From IMG/VR virus record IMGVR_UViG_3300032132_000754, positions 104,117 through 168,116 of that record: DNA of 64,000 bases, one strand, 5' to 3'. The DNA is from a virus. Position 1 is the first letter of the stretch; each line of letters begins with the position of its first letter. A model generated the notes under the pieces. That model was not told where the DNA came from and did not search any database. It saw nothing but the letters and a program-made list of their open reading frames with translations. Below are positions 27,557 to 38,076 of this stretch, piece by piece. A program made the translations under genes and the position numbers.

Positions 27557-30423
27557 TATGTTCCTACCGCGTTAAGCTGGAGCTGTCCATAGACGAACTC
27601 ATTGAAGGTTATTAATTGATCGCGGACTTCAACGTCTCTAAGGATCGCCCCAGGCCATAGACGGAATCCAACCTTGCCAACCTCAGTTAGAGGAGCGACA
27701 GGGAAATATGGGGTCGTGATTGTCTGAGGGCTCGGAAGGGCAGCCGAAAGTTGAGCATCAGGTGGTACTAACAACTTGTTCCACCATACCCAAAGTTGAC
27801 CGTCTCGATACATGATCTCAAGTTCGTTCCATTGTTCTGTTTCCCCTTCAAGAGGAACAGGTAGGAAACCACCATCGACAACCTTAAACCCAAGCGGATC
27901 AACAGTCGGTGTTTCATTACCAGCAACGATGAACCCGCTCTGAGTCATGATTCGACTAACGGCCTTAGTACCAGGTAGGAAATCGCGGACGAAATCGTCT
28001 GAGAAATCATTTTCGATGTTTAACCCATACGGAGTTGACATGTCTAGGATGCCAGCTGAAGCCTGAAATTGGATCGCTTCGGCCCCAGTGTTATCATTGA
28101 TTGAGAATTCTAGTCTCAATGCCGGTGCTGAGTAATCTTCGTGGATCACTTGAACAACAGTAGTCTCAGCAGGACTAGTAGTAGCAGCTGCGTTTTCCAG
28201 CTCTGTCAAGTTAGTAGCATCAGGACCAGTAAGATCAGTAGCTCCAGTACCTTGTAGTTCTGGAACGAAATCTTCATTCAATGGGAACGGGTCAGAAAAG
28301 CCAATTAGCATTACTGCACTATCGTCTAAGCGATCGAAAGCTGCTTTATATTGATAGCCCCAAGTTTGGTTTCTCCACTTGCCATTCATGATACGAAGCA
28401 TGCCAGATGGAGGAAGTTGTTTCCATCCAATGCCAGCACCCTTTAGAACAACGAATGAGTTACCTTGGAAGGCTCCAGTCTCAATTGTTCCACGACGCAC
28501 AACCTTCAAATAGATGTCATCAAGACTATCGATCGGAGCACGTAGCAAAATGTCCAATGGAGGGAAACGACTTGCGTCCGGGCGGCCTACGAGAGCTTTA
28601 ATGTAGACGTTACGGTGATTTACTCGGTGCCAGAGGAAGACAGGACGTTCCTGGTCCGACATTGGCGGAGTTTCACTGACGATAAGCCCAGGAATTGATG
28701 GGTCTACATCAGCGACATATTGGTTATTGATTGCGATGCCTGATGGCTCGTCTGTAGTATCCTTAATGAAGACATCGAAAGTATCAGTTACCGCTAAATC
28801 TGCGACTCGCCCATCTGGGTCGAATAGGGTGATTTGGCTAGCGCTATTCTCAACTACTCTGAATTCTACATCGATCAATAAGCCGCTGCGGAATACAAGC
28901 ACTCTATCGACCAGCTCGTTAACTCCAAAAGTGGCTCCGCCAAGAGCGGCTGTTGCTACGATTTTGAAATTCGGAGTGGGGTTGTTGAAATCGGAAGCAG
29001 GGTCGATCGCCTGGACCGAATCAGACAGTATGATTTGTACGTCTGTGCCAGCGGCAACCTCACCATCGTCAGCAAGATATAAACGATCTTCGAATCCAGT
29101 AATACCCCACTGGGTACGCTCAAATAGACGGATATCGCTAACTGAAGACTTGGCTGAAGTCAATTCGGTGGGAACGACCCCAGGAACTTCATCGCGAGCA
29201 TGTAACAAGTCACCAAATCTGATACTGCCAGTAGCGGCCCACAGAGTGCCAGGATTTAACTTAGGCTCTTTGCTAAAGTAACGACGGACTTGGCGAGCAC
29301 CATTAATTGTTCCAATCTGGAATTCCCAAATTTGTACTAATTGCCCGATTGGCAGAAGATTTCTAGTAGCGTCAAGGAGTAGAGTCCTAGGGGCTTGTAG
29401 ATCAGTTGGAAGGTTCTCAGGGTTTTCATAGCTCCACACATTAGTGGCTGTAAATTCGTCACCAATTGGAGCAGCGGTATCAACTGACCAAAATCTGAGA
29501 TTATAACGGTTGTCTGTAAGAACAGTGGATGTTAATCCAGTTACTACAGCCATTTGGCGGGTAAGAGTGTGGCCTTTATAAAGTAGAGAACCAAGTAGGT
29601 TAGGTTCCCTCTCGATATTCATATCAAAACGGATTTGGTTTCCGTCATTGTCCAAGCCCATAAACCAAACATTCTGAGGAATGCCGGTAGCACCAGGAGT
29701 GAAAGCCCAACCAATATTAGTGGTCTTGTTAGAATTACGAGCTAGAATGAGTTCAAATTCTGCTTGTCCTGGAGTGATAGTATCGTCGGCGCGTTTGAAA
29801 ATTAAAGCTGGATAACTACCTTTCTGGTTTAGAGCAGCGGTTGGAGAAGATGGGTTTACGATCGTGCTTTCTGGGAGCTGATAGACTTTAAGTTCTCCAT
29901 AAACGTTGACGTCCGGTATTTTACCGCCGCATGATGGCGGGCGAATTGCGGAAATGTCAGTTTCGTCTTGAATCCAGAAAATTTGGGCGCATTCCTCACA
30001 TCCACAGTTTAAGGGGATGGGGGCGTCTACGGTAAACCGTACTACGTTTCCAATTCTTTCAATGCTTAGAAATTCACTGCCAGAAGCTAGGATGACATCA
30101 CCTTGTAGATAACCGCCATCATCTGGGAATCCAGCCCCAGCGAAACCAAGAATGCCTAGTCTCAATTGAGTTATGGCGTCTAATTTGGCCTTATCATCGG
30201 CGGACATGTGACCTTGAGTGTCCGTGGTGGCGATGGGTACTGGATCTTCTGCGACGTGGGATACGCCGTGAAATGGTGGGATGATGATGTCTGACTCTTT
30301 TGCATACAGTGTACGAGTCTGAGCGTCATATCGATAGCTTATAGTAAGGCCGTCAGGACCAGCGAGGTTTACAAACTGCTGATCTACTAACGTTGTGCTT
30401 GGTGGGATTTTCGAATTTGCCAC
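27556..30423 (-). CDS. Large putative virion structural protein
   Basis: 955 aa; GTG start with GGAG SD; HGVSH..ATTDTQGHMSADDKAKLD fibre-type motif; class L motif at 30452-30459. Confidence 0.7.
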   Translation of the reverse strand: MANSKIPPSTTLVDQQFVNLAGPDGLTISYRYDAQTRTLYAKESDIIIPPFHGVSHVAEDPVPIATTDTQGHMSADDKAKLDAITQLRLGILGFAGAGFPDDGGYLQGDVILASGSEFLSIERIGNVVRFTVDAPIPLNCGCEECAQIFWIQDETDISAIRPPSCGGKIPDVNVYGELKVYQLPESTIVNPSSPTAALNQKGSYPALIFKRADDTITPGQAEFELILARNSNKTTNIGWAFTPGATGIPQNVWFMGLDNDGNQIRFDMNIEREPNLLGSLLYKGHTLTRQMAVVTGLTSTVLTDNRYNLRFWSVDTAAPIGDEFTATNVWSYENPENLPTDLQAPRTLLLDATRNLLPIGQLVQIWEFQIGTINGARQVRRYFSKEPKLNPGTLWAATGSIRFGDLLHARDEVPGVVPTELTSAKSSVSDIRLFERTQWGITGFEDRLYLADDGEVAAGTDVQIILSDSVQAIDPASDFNNPTPNFKIVATAALGGATFGVNELVDRVLVFRSGLLIDVEFRVVENSASQITLFDPDGRVADLAVTDTFDVFIKDTTDEPSGIAINNQYVADVDPSIPGLIVSETPPMSDQERPVFLWHRVNHRNVYIKALVGRPDASRFPPLDILLRAPIDSLDDIYLKVVRRGTIETGAFQGNSFVVLKGAGIGWKQLPPSGMLRIMNGKWRNQTWGYQYKAAFDRLDDSAVMLIGFSDPFPLNEDFVPELQGTGATDLTGPDATNLTELENAAATTSPAETTVVQVIHEDYSAPALRLEFSINDNTGAEAIQFQASAGILDMSTPYGLNIENDFSDDFVRDFLPGTKAVSRIMTQSGFIVAGNETPTVDPLGFKVVDGGFLPVPLEGETEQWNELEIMYRDGQLWVWWNKLLVPPDAQLSAALPSPQTITTPYFPVAPLTEVGKVGFRLWPGAILRDVEVRDQLITFNEFVYGQLQLNAVGT

Positions 30424-30532
30424 AATAACTCCGCCGTATGTTTTGTCTATTTATCTTTGAGCCCTAAACATTATGGCATACCGTAGAAGAAGTAGCATAT
30501 CGTATATAAAACACAACAGCCAGGGGCCACAA

Positions 30533-31519
30533 ATGTCAGACATCAAAAGCATTCCAAAGATTGAATTGCATCAGCATACTGATGGATCAATACCTGTATC
30601 TACCACCTGGCAATTAATGGTAGAAAACAAGCTGGCACCTGTAGACACTATCGAAGAAATGGAAAAACTTCTAGTGGTTCAGCCAGAAGATGAAGGCAAG
30701 GGCCTATTAGAATATCTCAAGAAATTCCATTATCCGTTGTGGATCACACAATTCTATGATAATTTGGAAAAAGTCACCTACGATATCGCCGCAGACGCTT
30801 ATAACAATCATAATGTAAGACTGTTAGAATTGAGATATTCTCCAACGATCCATACGTTCGCGGGCTTGACCCCCAGACAAGCAGTTGGTTCAGTATTATC
30901 GGGATTGAATAATGCCAAAGAAGACTTCCCAGATTTAGAGACAGGCATGATCGTTATCGCGATGCGTCATATGGGTGGCCATATCGCTAAAATCCTAGCA
31001 CGGTTAGCTGTTTCTGAAAGTCAAGATTTGCATAGTCGATCTGGCGTTATCGGATTTGACATTGCTGGGGCCGAAAGGGGTAATCCACCACGTTTGTTTA
31101 AGGAAGCATACCGCATAGCTGCACAAGGCGGATTAGGACTTACAGCGCATGCTGGGGAAGATGATTCTTCTAAAGTGATCTGGGAAGCGATCGACGAATT
31201 AGGTTGTACCAGAATTGGTCATGGGTGTGCAGCGGTAGAAGATAAGGATTTATTGAGGCGACTTGCAAGAGACCAGATTCTAATGGAAATCTGCCAAACT
31301 TCTAACTGGCAAACAGGTGCTTGGCCAAAAGACAAGAAGCACCCATTATACACTTTCTTAGATTATGGCATCCCAATCGCCATTTGTACAGACAATACGA
31401 CAGTTAGTAATACAAACCAAACCGTGGAAAATGACTTACTGGATTTAACGGTGGAAGAAATCGAAAACATTCACTTCCGTGCGCAATCCCATTCATTTAT
31501 TAAAACTGCACATGAATAA
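30533..31519 (+). CDS. add: Adenosine deaminase
   Basis: PKIELHQHTDGS, GFDIAGAE, TAHAGE, RIGHG, EIC.TSN, CTDN; upstream GTATATAA at 30502. Confidence 0.9.
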   Translation: MSDIKSIPKIELHQHTDGSIPVSTTWQLMVENKLAPVDTIEEMEKLLVVQPEDEGKGLLEYLKKFHYPLWITQFYDNLEKVTYDIAADAYNNHNVRLLELRYSPTIHTFAGLTPRQAVGSVLSGLNNAKEDFPDLETGMIVIAMRHMGGHIAKILARLAVSESQDLHSRSGVIGFDIAGAERGNPPRLFKEAYRIAAQGGLGLTAHAGEDDSSKVIWEAIDELGCTRIGHGCAAVEDKDLLRRLARDQILMEICQTSNWQTGAWPKDKKHPLYTFLDYGIPIAICTDNTTVSNTNQTVENDLLDLTVEEIENIHFRAQSHSFIKTAHE

Positions 31520-32426
31520 ACCAAGAAAACAAGAAGAAAAACTCAAAATCCAAATTCCTAAAAATGCTTCTAAGGAAGAAATCGAGGAATTTATCAGAGA
31601 GTTGCAAAACGCTAAAACACAAGCTCCTATCGTTGGAAAAACGAAAGAGATCATTATTACTGCAGAACATCAGGACAAAATGAGGGCTGCTTGTGCCTTT
31701 AATGCCGATCTTATGGATTATGTCAGACTTATGATGAATCCTGGTATGGTTTTAGAAGAAATCGATTCTAGAATTGATTATTTCACCAGAGAACACGGGC
31801 ATATCCCAGCTTGCAAAGGTTATTTAGGATATCCTAAATCTTCTTGCATTAGCGTTAACAATGTCATCTGTCATGGAATCCCAGATTCGTATGTCCTTAA
31901 AGAGGGTGATATCGCAAATGTGGATTTGACTACTATCGTAGACGGTTGGCATGGAGATCAGTCTGAGACTTTTATCATTGGTGAAGTACCAGATTATGTT
32001 ACAAAACTAGTTCAATGTGCTTTCGATTCAATGCATAATGCTATCGACAGTCTCTATCCCAAATGCAAGGTTAAGAGAATCGGAGCAGCAATTGAAAAAA
32101 GAACAAAAAAAGACGGTTTTTCAGTCGTAAAACATTTTCAAGGTCACGGAATCGGACAGAAATTCCATCAAGAACCAAACATTCCGCATTTTGTTCATCC
32201 GCATTTTGGTGATTTTAAACTTAAGCCTGGTATGTGCTTCACTATCGAGCCGATGATTAACGCTGGAAAATGGGAAGCAGTTATCGACAAAAAAGACAAA
32301 TGGACTGCTAGAACTTTAGATGGTAGTCTTTCGGCTCAATTCGAACATACGATTCTGATGACTAAAAGTGGCCCAGAAATTCTAACTATTACGAAGCACG
32401 GCCCGCAAAAAGGTCACAAATTTTAA
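31512..32426 (+). CDS. map: Type I methionine aminopeptidase
   Basis: CISVNNVICHGIP, DLT..DGWHGD, GHGIG..FH.EP, FTIEPMIN, SAQFEHT. Confidence 0.95.
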   Translation: MNKPRKQEEKLKIQIPKNASKEEIEEFIRELQNAKTQAPIVGKTKEIIITAEHQDKMRAACAFNADLMDYVRLMMNPGMVLEEIDSRIDYFTREHGHIPACKGYLGYPKSSCISVNNVICHGIPDSYVLKEGDIANVDLTTIVDGWHGDQSETFIIGEVPDYVTKLVQCAFDSMHNAIDSLYPKCKVKRIGAAIEKRTKKDGFSVVKHFQGHGIGQKFHQEPNIPHFVHPHFGDFKLKPGMCFTIEPMINAGKWEAVIDKKDKWTARTLDGSLSAQFEHTILMTKSGPEILTITKHGPQKGHKF

Positions 32427-32719
32427 TGGCTAGAGCTACTGGATATTGCTTTACTTGCGGCAATAAAATCCCAGAAAACCCATCATATGTAGGAACTCCA
32501 GTGGCAGGAGCAGGGTTTTTCGGATCTATGGCTAAAAATCATTTTCACTGTTCAACAGAATGCATGTCTAAGACTAGAGACAAACATCTTAAAAAAGATG
32601 ATTGCTATCACGAAGACAGCTATTATCACGAAGATGATTACTATAAAGAAGACGATTACTATAAAGAAGACGATTACTATAAAGAAGACGATTACTACAA
32701 AGAAAATGACTTCTTTTAG
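32426..32719 (+). CDS. TRASH/MYM-like Cys finger protein with EDDYYK-repeat tail
   Basis: CFTCG...FHCSTEC then hexapeptide repeats. Confidence 0.7.
   Translation: MARATGYCFTCGNKIPENPSYVGTPVAGAGFFGSMAKNHFHCSTECMSKTRDKHLKKDDCYHEDSYYHEDDYYKEDDYYKEDDYYKEDDYYKENDFF
32594..32719 (+). repeat. 18-bp tandem repeat, 7 units (consensus GAAGACGATTACTATAAA)
   Basis: Units start at 32594, 32612, 32630, 32648, 32666, 32684 and 32702; units 4 and 5 are identical. Confidence 0.95.
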
Positions 32720-33768
32720 CGGACTTGTTTCCAAACTGGCTTGGGTTTTGAATTTATTTTCTTGAACAGTTGATTGATCCGAGCATTATAGTAAAATTGA
32801 TCTCTAAACGTTATTGGATCCGGCTCGTAATAAGATTCTGTAACAAATTTAGCGCCGACCAACTCAGCATATCGTAACGGGTTTCCGCCACCTATTGGTT
32901 GTTCGTTACGTATTCCTATGGTTACAGGAATGAACTGCATCTTGCCATCTGGATAAATGAGAGAGAATAATTCCTCTTGTGTTTCATTTTGGATTCTGAT
33001 AGTCCATAATTTCTGAAAAGCCGACATACCCCGTGGGACTGTCGCTTTAACCCATACGCCAATGGCTGCGCCACCAGGAATTTCGATAGATTTTGGTGTG
33101 CTAGTATACGCTAATGGAGGAACGTCACCAGGACGCGTCACTCTATTTCTTGAAGTTGAAGCAGAATCGAAACTAGTATCGAAAGCGAATCCGACGCACC
33201 CATCCGGATCAGAGACTTCAGTCACCGTTATTGTTGTTGGTCCTGTAGAGACATTTCTAATGAAGAATTTCTCATAATAAGTGATCGGAACAGTTGCCCT
33301 GCCGGTGACATCGGAGAATAAACCGATAGCTTCTAAATCTTCAGTACCAACGCCAGAATCCGAGGCATTTTCTAACCCGCCTAGAACACTAACGTCTGGT
33401 TGACGTATCACAAGTTCACCAACTAGCGTCGGGCCAGATTGTTTAGTAACGCTATTGATTCTAAACCATGACTTTTGTGTAGTAGCAAATTCTGGACCGT
33501 TAATCTCGACCACTTCGGTTTCAATATTTCTAGTCGATCCAATACCTTCAACGATATAAACTTGGTCAATGTCGAAGAGGCTAGTACTACCAAGTTGAAT
33601 TTGGCTTTCTAGCGTAAGGCCGTTTAATAACAACCTTTTTCTAAGGTCGATTGCCCCGCCTTGGGTATTTGTATCGTTTGCGGCATGGTTTTGCGCCCCA
33701 TATAAGGCGATGAGTCCGGATAAAGATCCGAACCCTAGTCTACCAAATCCGCCAACGCCAAAGCTCAT
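32716..33768 (-). CDS. Putative virion structural protein
   Basis: 350 aa, beta-rich, YEKFFIRN..GVWVK pattern. Confidence 0.6.
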   Translation of the reverse strand: MSFGVGGFGRLGFGSLSGLIALYGAQNHAANDTNTQGGAIDLRKRLLLNGLTLESQIQLGSTSLFDIDQVYIVEGIGSTRNIETEVVEINGPEFATTQKSWFRINSVTKQSGPTLVGELVIRQPDVSVLGGLENASDSGVGTEDLEAIGLFSDVTGRATVPITYYEKFFIRNVSTGPTTITVTEVSDPDGCVGFAFDTSFDSASTSRNRVTRPGDVPPLAYTSTPKSIEIPGGAAIGVWVKATVPRGMSAFQKLWTIRIQNETQEELFSLIYPDGKMQFIPVTIGIRNEQPIGGGNPLRYAELVGAKFVTESYYEPDPITFRDQFYYNARINQLFKKINSKPKPVWKQVR

Positions 33769-33769
33769 T

Positions 33770-34768
33770 TCAATCGGCCCTTAATAGCTTGATCACCTCT
33801 ACCTTTTTACGCCACGCGGCAAGGAGATCACTCATTGTTTGTTCTAACGTATGTTTAGGTGACCACCCTGTTTGGTTGTTAAATTTACTTGAGTCTCCAT
33901 ATAAGAGCGTAACATCTGACGGACGTAGCCTATCGGGATCAACCCGCTTCTCAATAGTTCCGCTAAAAGTAGACACCCCAATAAGGAGGTCGAGAAGCTC
34001 CCCAATAGAAATACGCATATTTGAACAAATATTATAAGGCTCCCCAGGGCGACACACGTCCATAGCGATCCAGTAAGCCGCTGCAACATCTCTCGCATCA
34101 GTATAATCCCTTACACTCTCTAGGTTGCCATGTTTAATGACAGGCTCTTGAAGACCAGCCTCGATCATAGCAACTTGTTTACAAAAGCTAGATTCAACAA
34201 ATGCATCCCCACGACGAGGACCAGTATGATTGAAAGTTCTAGTAATAATTGAATGGAGCCCGTGGGATTCCCAATATTGATAAGCTAAATGTTCTTGTGC
34301 ACATTTACTAACAGCATATGGCGAAATAGGGCGAAGTTCATTGTCTTCAGTAATAGGAACTTCGTGTGGAAGAACTTTACCGAACTGTTCTGAAGAGCAA
34401 GCTATCTGAACTTTGGCCTCCGGAGAATACAACACTAAAGATTCCATCAAATTGATTTGGGATACGGTGTTGTTGACCATAATGTCGGCAGGTTGATCCC
34501 ACGATGATCTGACAAAGCTTGTTGCCGCTAAATGGAAAACCTTATCTGGGCGAACCTTAGCGACTACTTTGCCGACATTGTGGGCGTCTCTCAGCTCACA
34601 GTCGTGCAATTTTACTCTTGGGTTGCCATAAAGATGGGAAATATTAGAAACGTCTGACCGATATCGAATAGTGCCGTGGACGGTGGCGTCTGGGACATTT
34701 TCTAAAATATAGTCAGCTAGGTGTGATCCGGTTTGTCCGGAGATTCCTGTAATTAGAACTTGTGTCAT
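33770..34768 (-). CDS. gmd: GDP-mannose 4,6-dehydratase family SDR
   Basis: LITGISGQTGSHLA, HLAA.SFV, SSE, SPYAVSK, FNHTGPRRG, GNLESVRD. Confidence 0.85.
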   Translation of the reverse strand: MTQVLITGISGQTGSHLADYILENVPDATVHGTIRYRSDVSNISHLYGNPRVKLHDCELRDAHNVGKVVAKVRPDKVFHLAATSFVRSSWDQPADIMVNNTVSQINLMESLVLYSPEAKVQIACSSEQFGKVLPHEVPITEDNELRPISPYAVSKCAQEHLAYQYWESHGLHSIITRTFNHTGPRRGDAFVESSFCKQVAMIEAGLQEPVIKHGNLESVRDYTDARDVAAAYWIAMDVCRPGEPYNICSNMRISIGELLDLLIGVSTFSGTIEKRVDPDRLRPSDVTLLYGDSSKFNNQTGWSPKHTLEQTMSDLLAAWRKKVEVIKLLRAD

Positions 34769-34780
34769 ATGCTCCTACAC

Positions 34781-35101
34781 TTATGCGGATGCAGCGGCGC
34801 GCAGAAGGCTGAACCAGTCTTCTGGTGGCCCAACTAGACGATCATGATTTGGCAATTTTACAAAAAGCCGATTGTTTTGTCTAGAGGATCCACTAATAGA
34901 TACCGCTGTAGGATCAAGAATCTGAATTTCTCCTACTGGAGAATCTGGGCTTAATCGCACAAGTGTAGAGCCAGGAATTAAGGCAAGCACATCGAGAGGA
35001 GTTAGCTTGGTGCGCATAGTCCGCGCCCCGTCTGGGATTTCAACAAACCCGTTAACAACTGCTAATTTTCTTTCAATTCCAATGTCAGTCGAAAACGCCA
35101 T
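34781..35101 (-). CDS. Hypothetical protein
   Basis: GAGG SD; in operon. Confidence 0.65.
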   Translation of the reverse strand: MAFSTDIGIERKLAVVNGFVEIPDGARTMRTKLTPLDVLALIPGSTLVRLSPDSPVGEIQILDPTAVSISGSSRQNNRLFVKLPNHDRLVGPPEDWFSLLRAAASA

Positions 35102-35104
35102 AAC

Positions 35105-36217
35105 TCACCTCGGTATATTTTTGATCATTAGAATGTAGTTATCGTCTTTAGGGCTACCAATACTCCTCATCCTAAAAGAATGGTATGGCTCGAAACGATC
35201 TAAGCAATCCCTCCAATCATCCTGCCAAACAATCGCCATGACCGTCTCGCAGTTAGGATAATTATCCAGAATCTGTCCTAACTCATCGGCATTCAAAGGA
35301 GACATAGGATCATTAGTGATGAGTAAATCAACTTCTTCTGCTTCATCAGATGCTGAACTCCCAAGAAATTCAGCCATTTCAGACATACCGTTGCTGTGTT
35401 CAGGGCTGATGTGCGGATGGATATATGATCCACCATCTATTAAAACCGCCAACCCAACAAATCCCCAGTCTGGATTAAGATCGTAAACGTTTAACCCTTC
35501 TACGGGAAACCACTGCTTGAACAACGCGCGATAGAAATTTGGATGTCGGCTAGTATAGAGAAATCTGGCAATTTCATAAGCTATATCTTCTCTTATAAAA
35601 TCCATATTCTTTTTATAAAGAGCATTTAGAGCTTTCCAAATATTATTAAAAGTCCAATGCAGTCCCAAATCATTAGGCATAAATTGAAAGATTAACCGCC
35701 TTCCTTCAGGTCGGTGACGCCTTAGTGTGGAAAATCTAATGACATTGGTCTGGAAATGCTCTAGCGGTGTAGACTTGACTTTTTCAATTTCATCCCATAA
35801 GATCGGCTTATCATATTGCGGATTTATCCATCCTTTTTCGAAAAGCTGAACTGCAAAGTCGTGAATAAAGAAACGCACGTCCACCCACCCCATTTTTTGT
35901 AAGTCCTTGTTCTTGACTATAAAATGGTTTTTAAGCAATTCATACTTTTCTGGATATAATTGTGCATTAATTTGAAATTGCTTGTGGATTGGTGGCAATG
36001 TTTCAGTGATTAGATTTTCAAAGTCTGGAGTAAAAAGATTTACAGTGCGTTTATTGTAAGCATCTTCATTTAATGCCCAGTATTCAGTAATCCCGGTGTC
36101 GAATGTTACTCTGAGGAAGTAGTAGGTTCTTTCAACTCTTACTACGTGGGGATGTTCGTCGAGGTAATTTTCCAAATCTCTGAGCAAAAGTTTGGTCGCG
36201 ATCCACTCTTTTCCCAT
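35105..36217 (-). CDS. Hypothetical protein; C-terminal half resembles degenerate Rossmann methyltransferase
   Basis: VYDLNPDWGFVGLA, VDLLITNDP. Confidence 0.5.
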   Translation of the reverse strand: MGKEWIATKLLLRDLENYLDEHPHVVRVERTYYFLRVTFDTGITEYWALNEDAYNKRTVNLFTPDFENLITETLPPIHKQFQINAQLYPEKYELLKNHFIVKNKDLQKMGWVDVRFFIHDFAVQLFEKGWINPQYDKPILWDEIEKVKSTPLEHFQTNVIRFSTLRRHRPEGRRLIFQFMPNDLGLHWTFNNIWKALNALYKKNMDFIREDIAYEIARFLYTSRHPNFYRALFKQWFPVEGLNVYDLNPDWGFVGLAVLIDGGSYIHPHISPEHSNGMSEMAEFLGSSASDEAEEVDLLITNDPMSPLNADELGQILDNYPNCETVMAIVWQDDWRDCLDRFEPYHSFRMRSIGSPKDDNYILMIKNIPR

Positions 36218-36902
36218 TAGAATACCTCTTACCCCTGATAATCATATTTATCGTTCCAGCCCTATATTGCTCATAGAATGAATCGCGGGCGGCACGAATT
36301 TCTTTAAGTGTAGCCTTCCTAGTGTTATAAATATTAGATTCTGCTAATCCGCGCGTTCTGATTTGGAATAAAGCTAGCCAATTGGCGATCGTCTGATGAG
36401 AAACACCGGCTAACCCGGCGCATTGATGAAGAGTATACCCACACCCACCATCGTCATCAGATTCGAACCCATTAGACTCGCACCATTTTAGATAATCTTT
36501 ACGACGAGAATAATAGTATTGTAACCATCCTTCTTCGCAACACGGATTTTTGGAGTAAACAGATTCTTCATGTGTTCTTCTCCGGATCCCATGTCGTTTC
36601 AATCTTCTAGCGACTTTATCCCAATCATTAGGATGGCCAATTAAAGCTGCGATAGCTGTTAAACCCATGCCTTTCTGGACATAGTGTTCTTCGAAGAAAG
36701 CTTTATTATCCCATCCTACTACTGGAGTTGGCAACGGTTTTACTGGTTTAACATAGCCGTTAACAATAACGCCACAACGACGTTTCCATATAACAATAGT
36801 ATCAACAGATCGATCAGCCAAGACAGCTAACTCAACATTGGTTAGCCCCTTATTGATGCTGAAAAAATCTCTAAGAGAATTGTTGTCTCGTGGGTTTGGC
36901 AT
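36132..36902 (-). CDS. Multi-HTH DNA-binding protein
   Basis: TNVELAVLADRS.DTI, GLTAIAALIG, TLHQCAGLAGVSHQTIANWL. Confidence 0.7.
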   Translation of the reverse strand: MPNPRDNNSLRDFFSINKGLTNVELAVLADRSVDTIVIWKRRCGVIVNGYVKPVKPLPTPVVGWDNKAFFEEHYVQKGMGLTAIAALIGHPNDWDKVARRLKRHGIRRRTHEESVYSKNPCCEEGWLQYYYSRRKDYLKWCESNGFESDDDGGCGYTLHQCAGLAGVSHQTIANWLALFQIRTRGLAESNIYNTRKATLKEIRAARDSFYEQYRAGTINMIIRGKRYSNGKRVDRDQTFAQRFGKLPRRTSPRSKS

Positions 36903-37873
36903 TATTCTTCTGGAATAGCATCGATAGACTGACTCATGCTCTGAAGAGCTTTTCTGATTTGCTCTTTCTCATCATCAGAATGTCCAACTTTTACCTTCTG
37001 AGGAGTAGCCATGCTAGACTTGACACTCTGGATTGGCGATTGAACAGGTTCAGTCCTAGGATGCTTCTTGACCTTAGGATGAATGACTGGTCTTGGAGCA
37101 GGTGCTTTAGGAGCTGGTGCTGGTTTAGTCGGTGTAGGCTCTGCCGCTGGCTCAGGTTCATCAAAACCAGGGCCTAGATCCAGTGGTTCCATTTCAGCTT
37201 TTGGTTTCTTCGGAGGTTTAGGTGGAGCAGGTGGCTTCGGAGGTTTAGGTGGTTTTGGTTTACTTAATTGTGGTTCAAGCTCAGGTTCCGGCAATTCCGG
37301 CTCCTCTTCAGCTTTCTTAACTGCTTTTTGTCGTTTAGCATCTTCAGACCCTCTAGACTGAATCGCTTTATCTAACAATTCACTTTTAGTGTCTATATCG
37401 AGTTCATTCCAGTCTTTGTGTGGATAGTCTTTGGCGGCTAATCCTTCAGCTTCTTCTTTATCGTCAGTTGTAGCTTTTAAAGCGTATAGTCTACCCCTTA
37501 CCGGCCTGGTAGAAATCTTTGCCATATTATAAGTCCGATAAGCTCTGCGGAAAATATCTGGCAATAAAGTTTTCCCAATTCTATATCGAGACTTCATGTT
37601 GTTTACTTTAAGGATGTCTGGAAGAGCTTTTTGTACTGCAGCCAATTCTTCTTCATCAGCTAATACTGCTAAATTTAAACCACATAGAAATTTCTTTTTG
37701 ACATCATGTCTATCGGTCATGCGCCAAGTTCCTAAATATAGGACAATCGGGCTCGGGTGAGACATAACAGCTTGACCACGGCGAATCTTCTGATAATCGA
37801 AATATAGTTTTTCGCCATAATCGTCAGAATTTTCGAAGATTGTTTGTGGTTCAGCTATTTCTTCTAAAAACAT
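36902..37873 (-). CDS. T4 gp2-like DNA end-protector protein with Pro/Lys-rich extension
   Basis: LYFDY..PSPIVLYL..FLCGLNL..AYRTY resembles gp2 family motifs. Confidence 0.55.
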   Translation of the reverse strand: MFLEEIAEPQTIFENSDDYGEKLYFDYQKIRRGQAVMSHPSPIVLYLGTWRMTDRHDVKKKFLCGLNLAVLADEEELAAVQKALPDILKVNNMKSRYRIGKTLLPDIFRRAYRTYNMAKISTRPVRGRLYALKATTDDKEEAEGLAAKDYPHKDWNELDIDTKSELLDKAIQSRGSEDAKRQKAVKKAEEEPELPEPELEPQLSKPKPPKPPKPPAPPKPPKKPKAEMEPLDLGPGFDEPEPAAEPTPTKPAPAPKAPAPRPVIHPKVKKHPRTEPVQSPIQSVKSSMATPQKVKVGHSDDEKEQIRKALQSMSQSIDAIPEE

Positions 37874-38076
37874 TAGTTCAACTGCCCTGACATGCCGTTA
37901 ATCTTCATCGTAATCTTTCCAAGCTGACGACATTCGGCTCTAATATCTCTTGAACCGTCAGGGCGTAATTGGAATGGTCCATATCCAACATCAATAGACT
38001 TGGGCATAATGATTGGTTGTAGTTTTTTGGCTACTGGTCGTCCTAAGACGCACTTTTTAGCACGGATCTGATACAT
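37873..38076 (-). CDS. Hypothetical protein
   Basis: Coupled small ORF. Confidence 0.55.
   Translation of the reverse strand: MYQIRAKKCVLGRPVAKKLQPIIMPKSIDVGYGPFQLRPDGSRDIRAECRQLGKITMKINGMSGQLN

Noticed and set aside
32594-32719. CRISPR array or synthetic FLAG-like tag
   Set aside because: Contiguous in-frame 18-bp units without spacers; degenerate ends indicate natural slippage; the peptide differs from DYKDDDDK.
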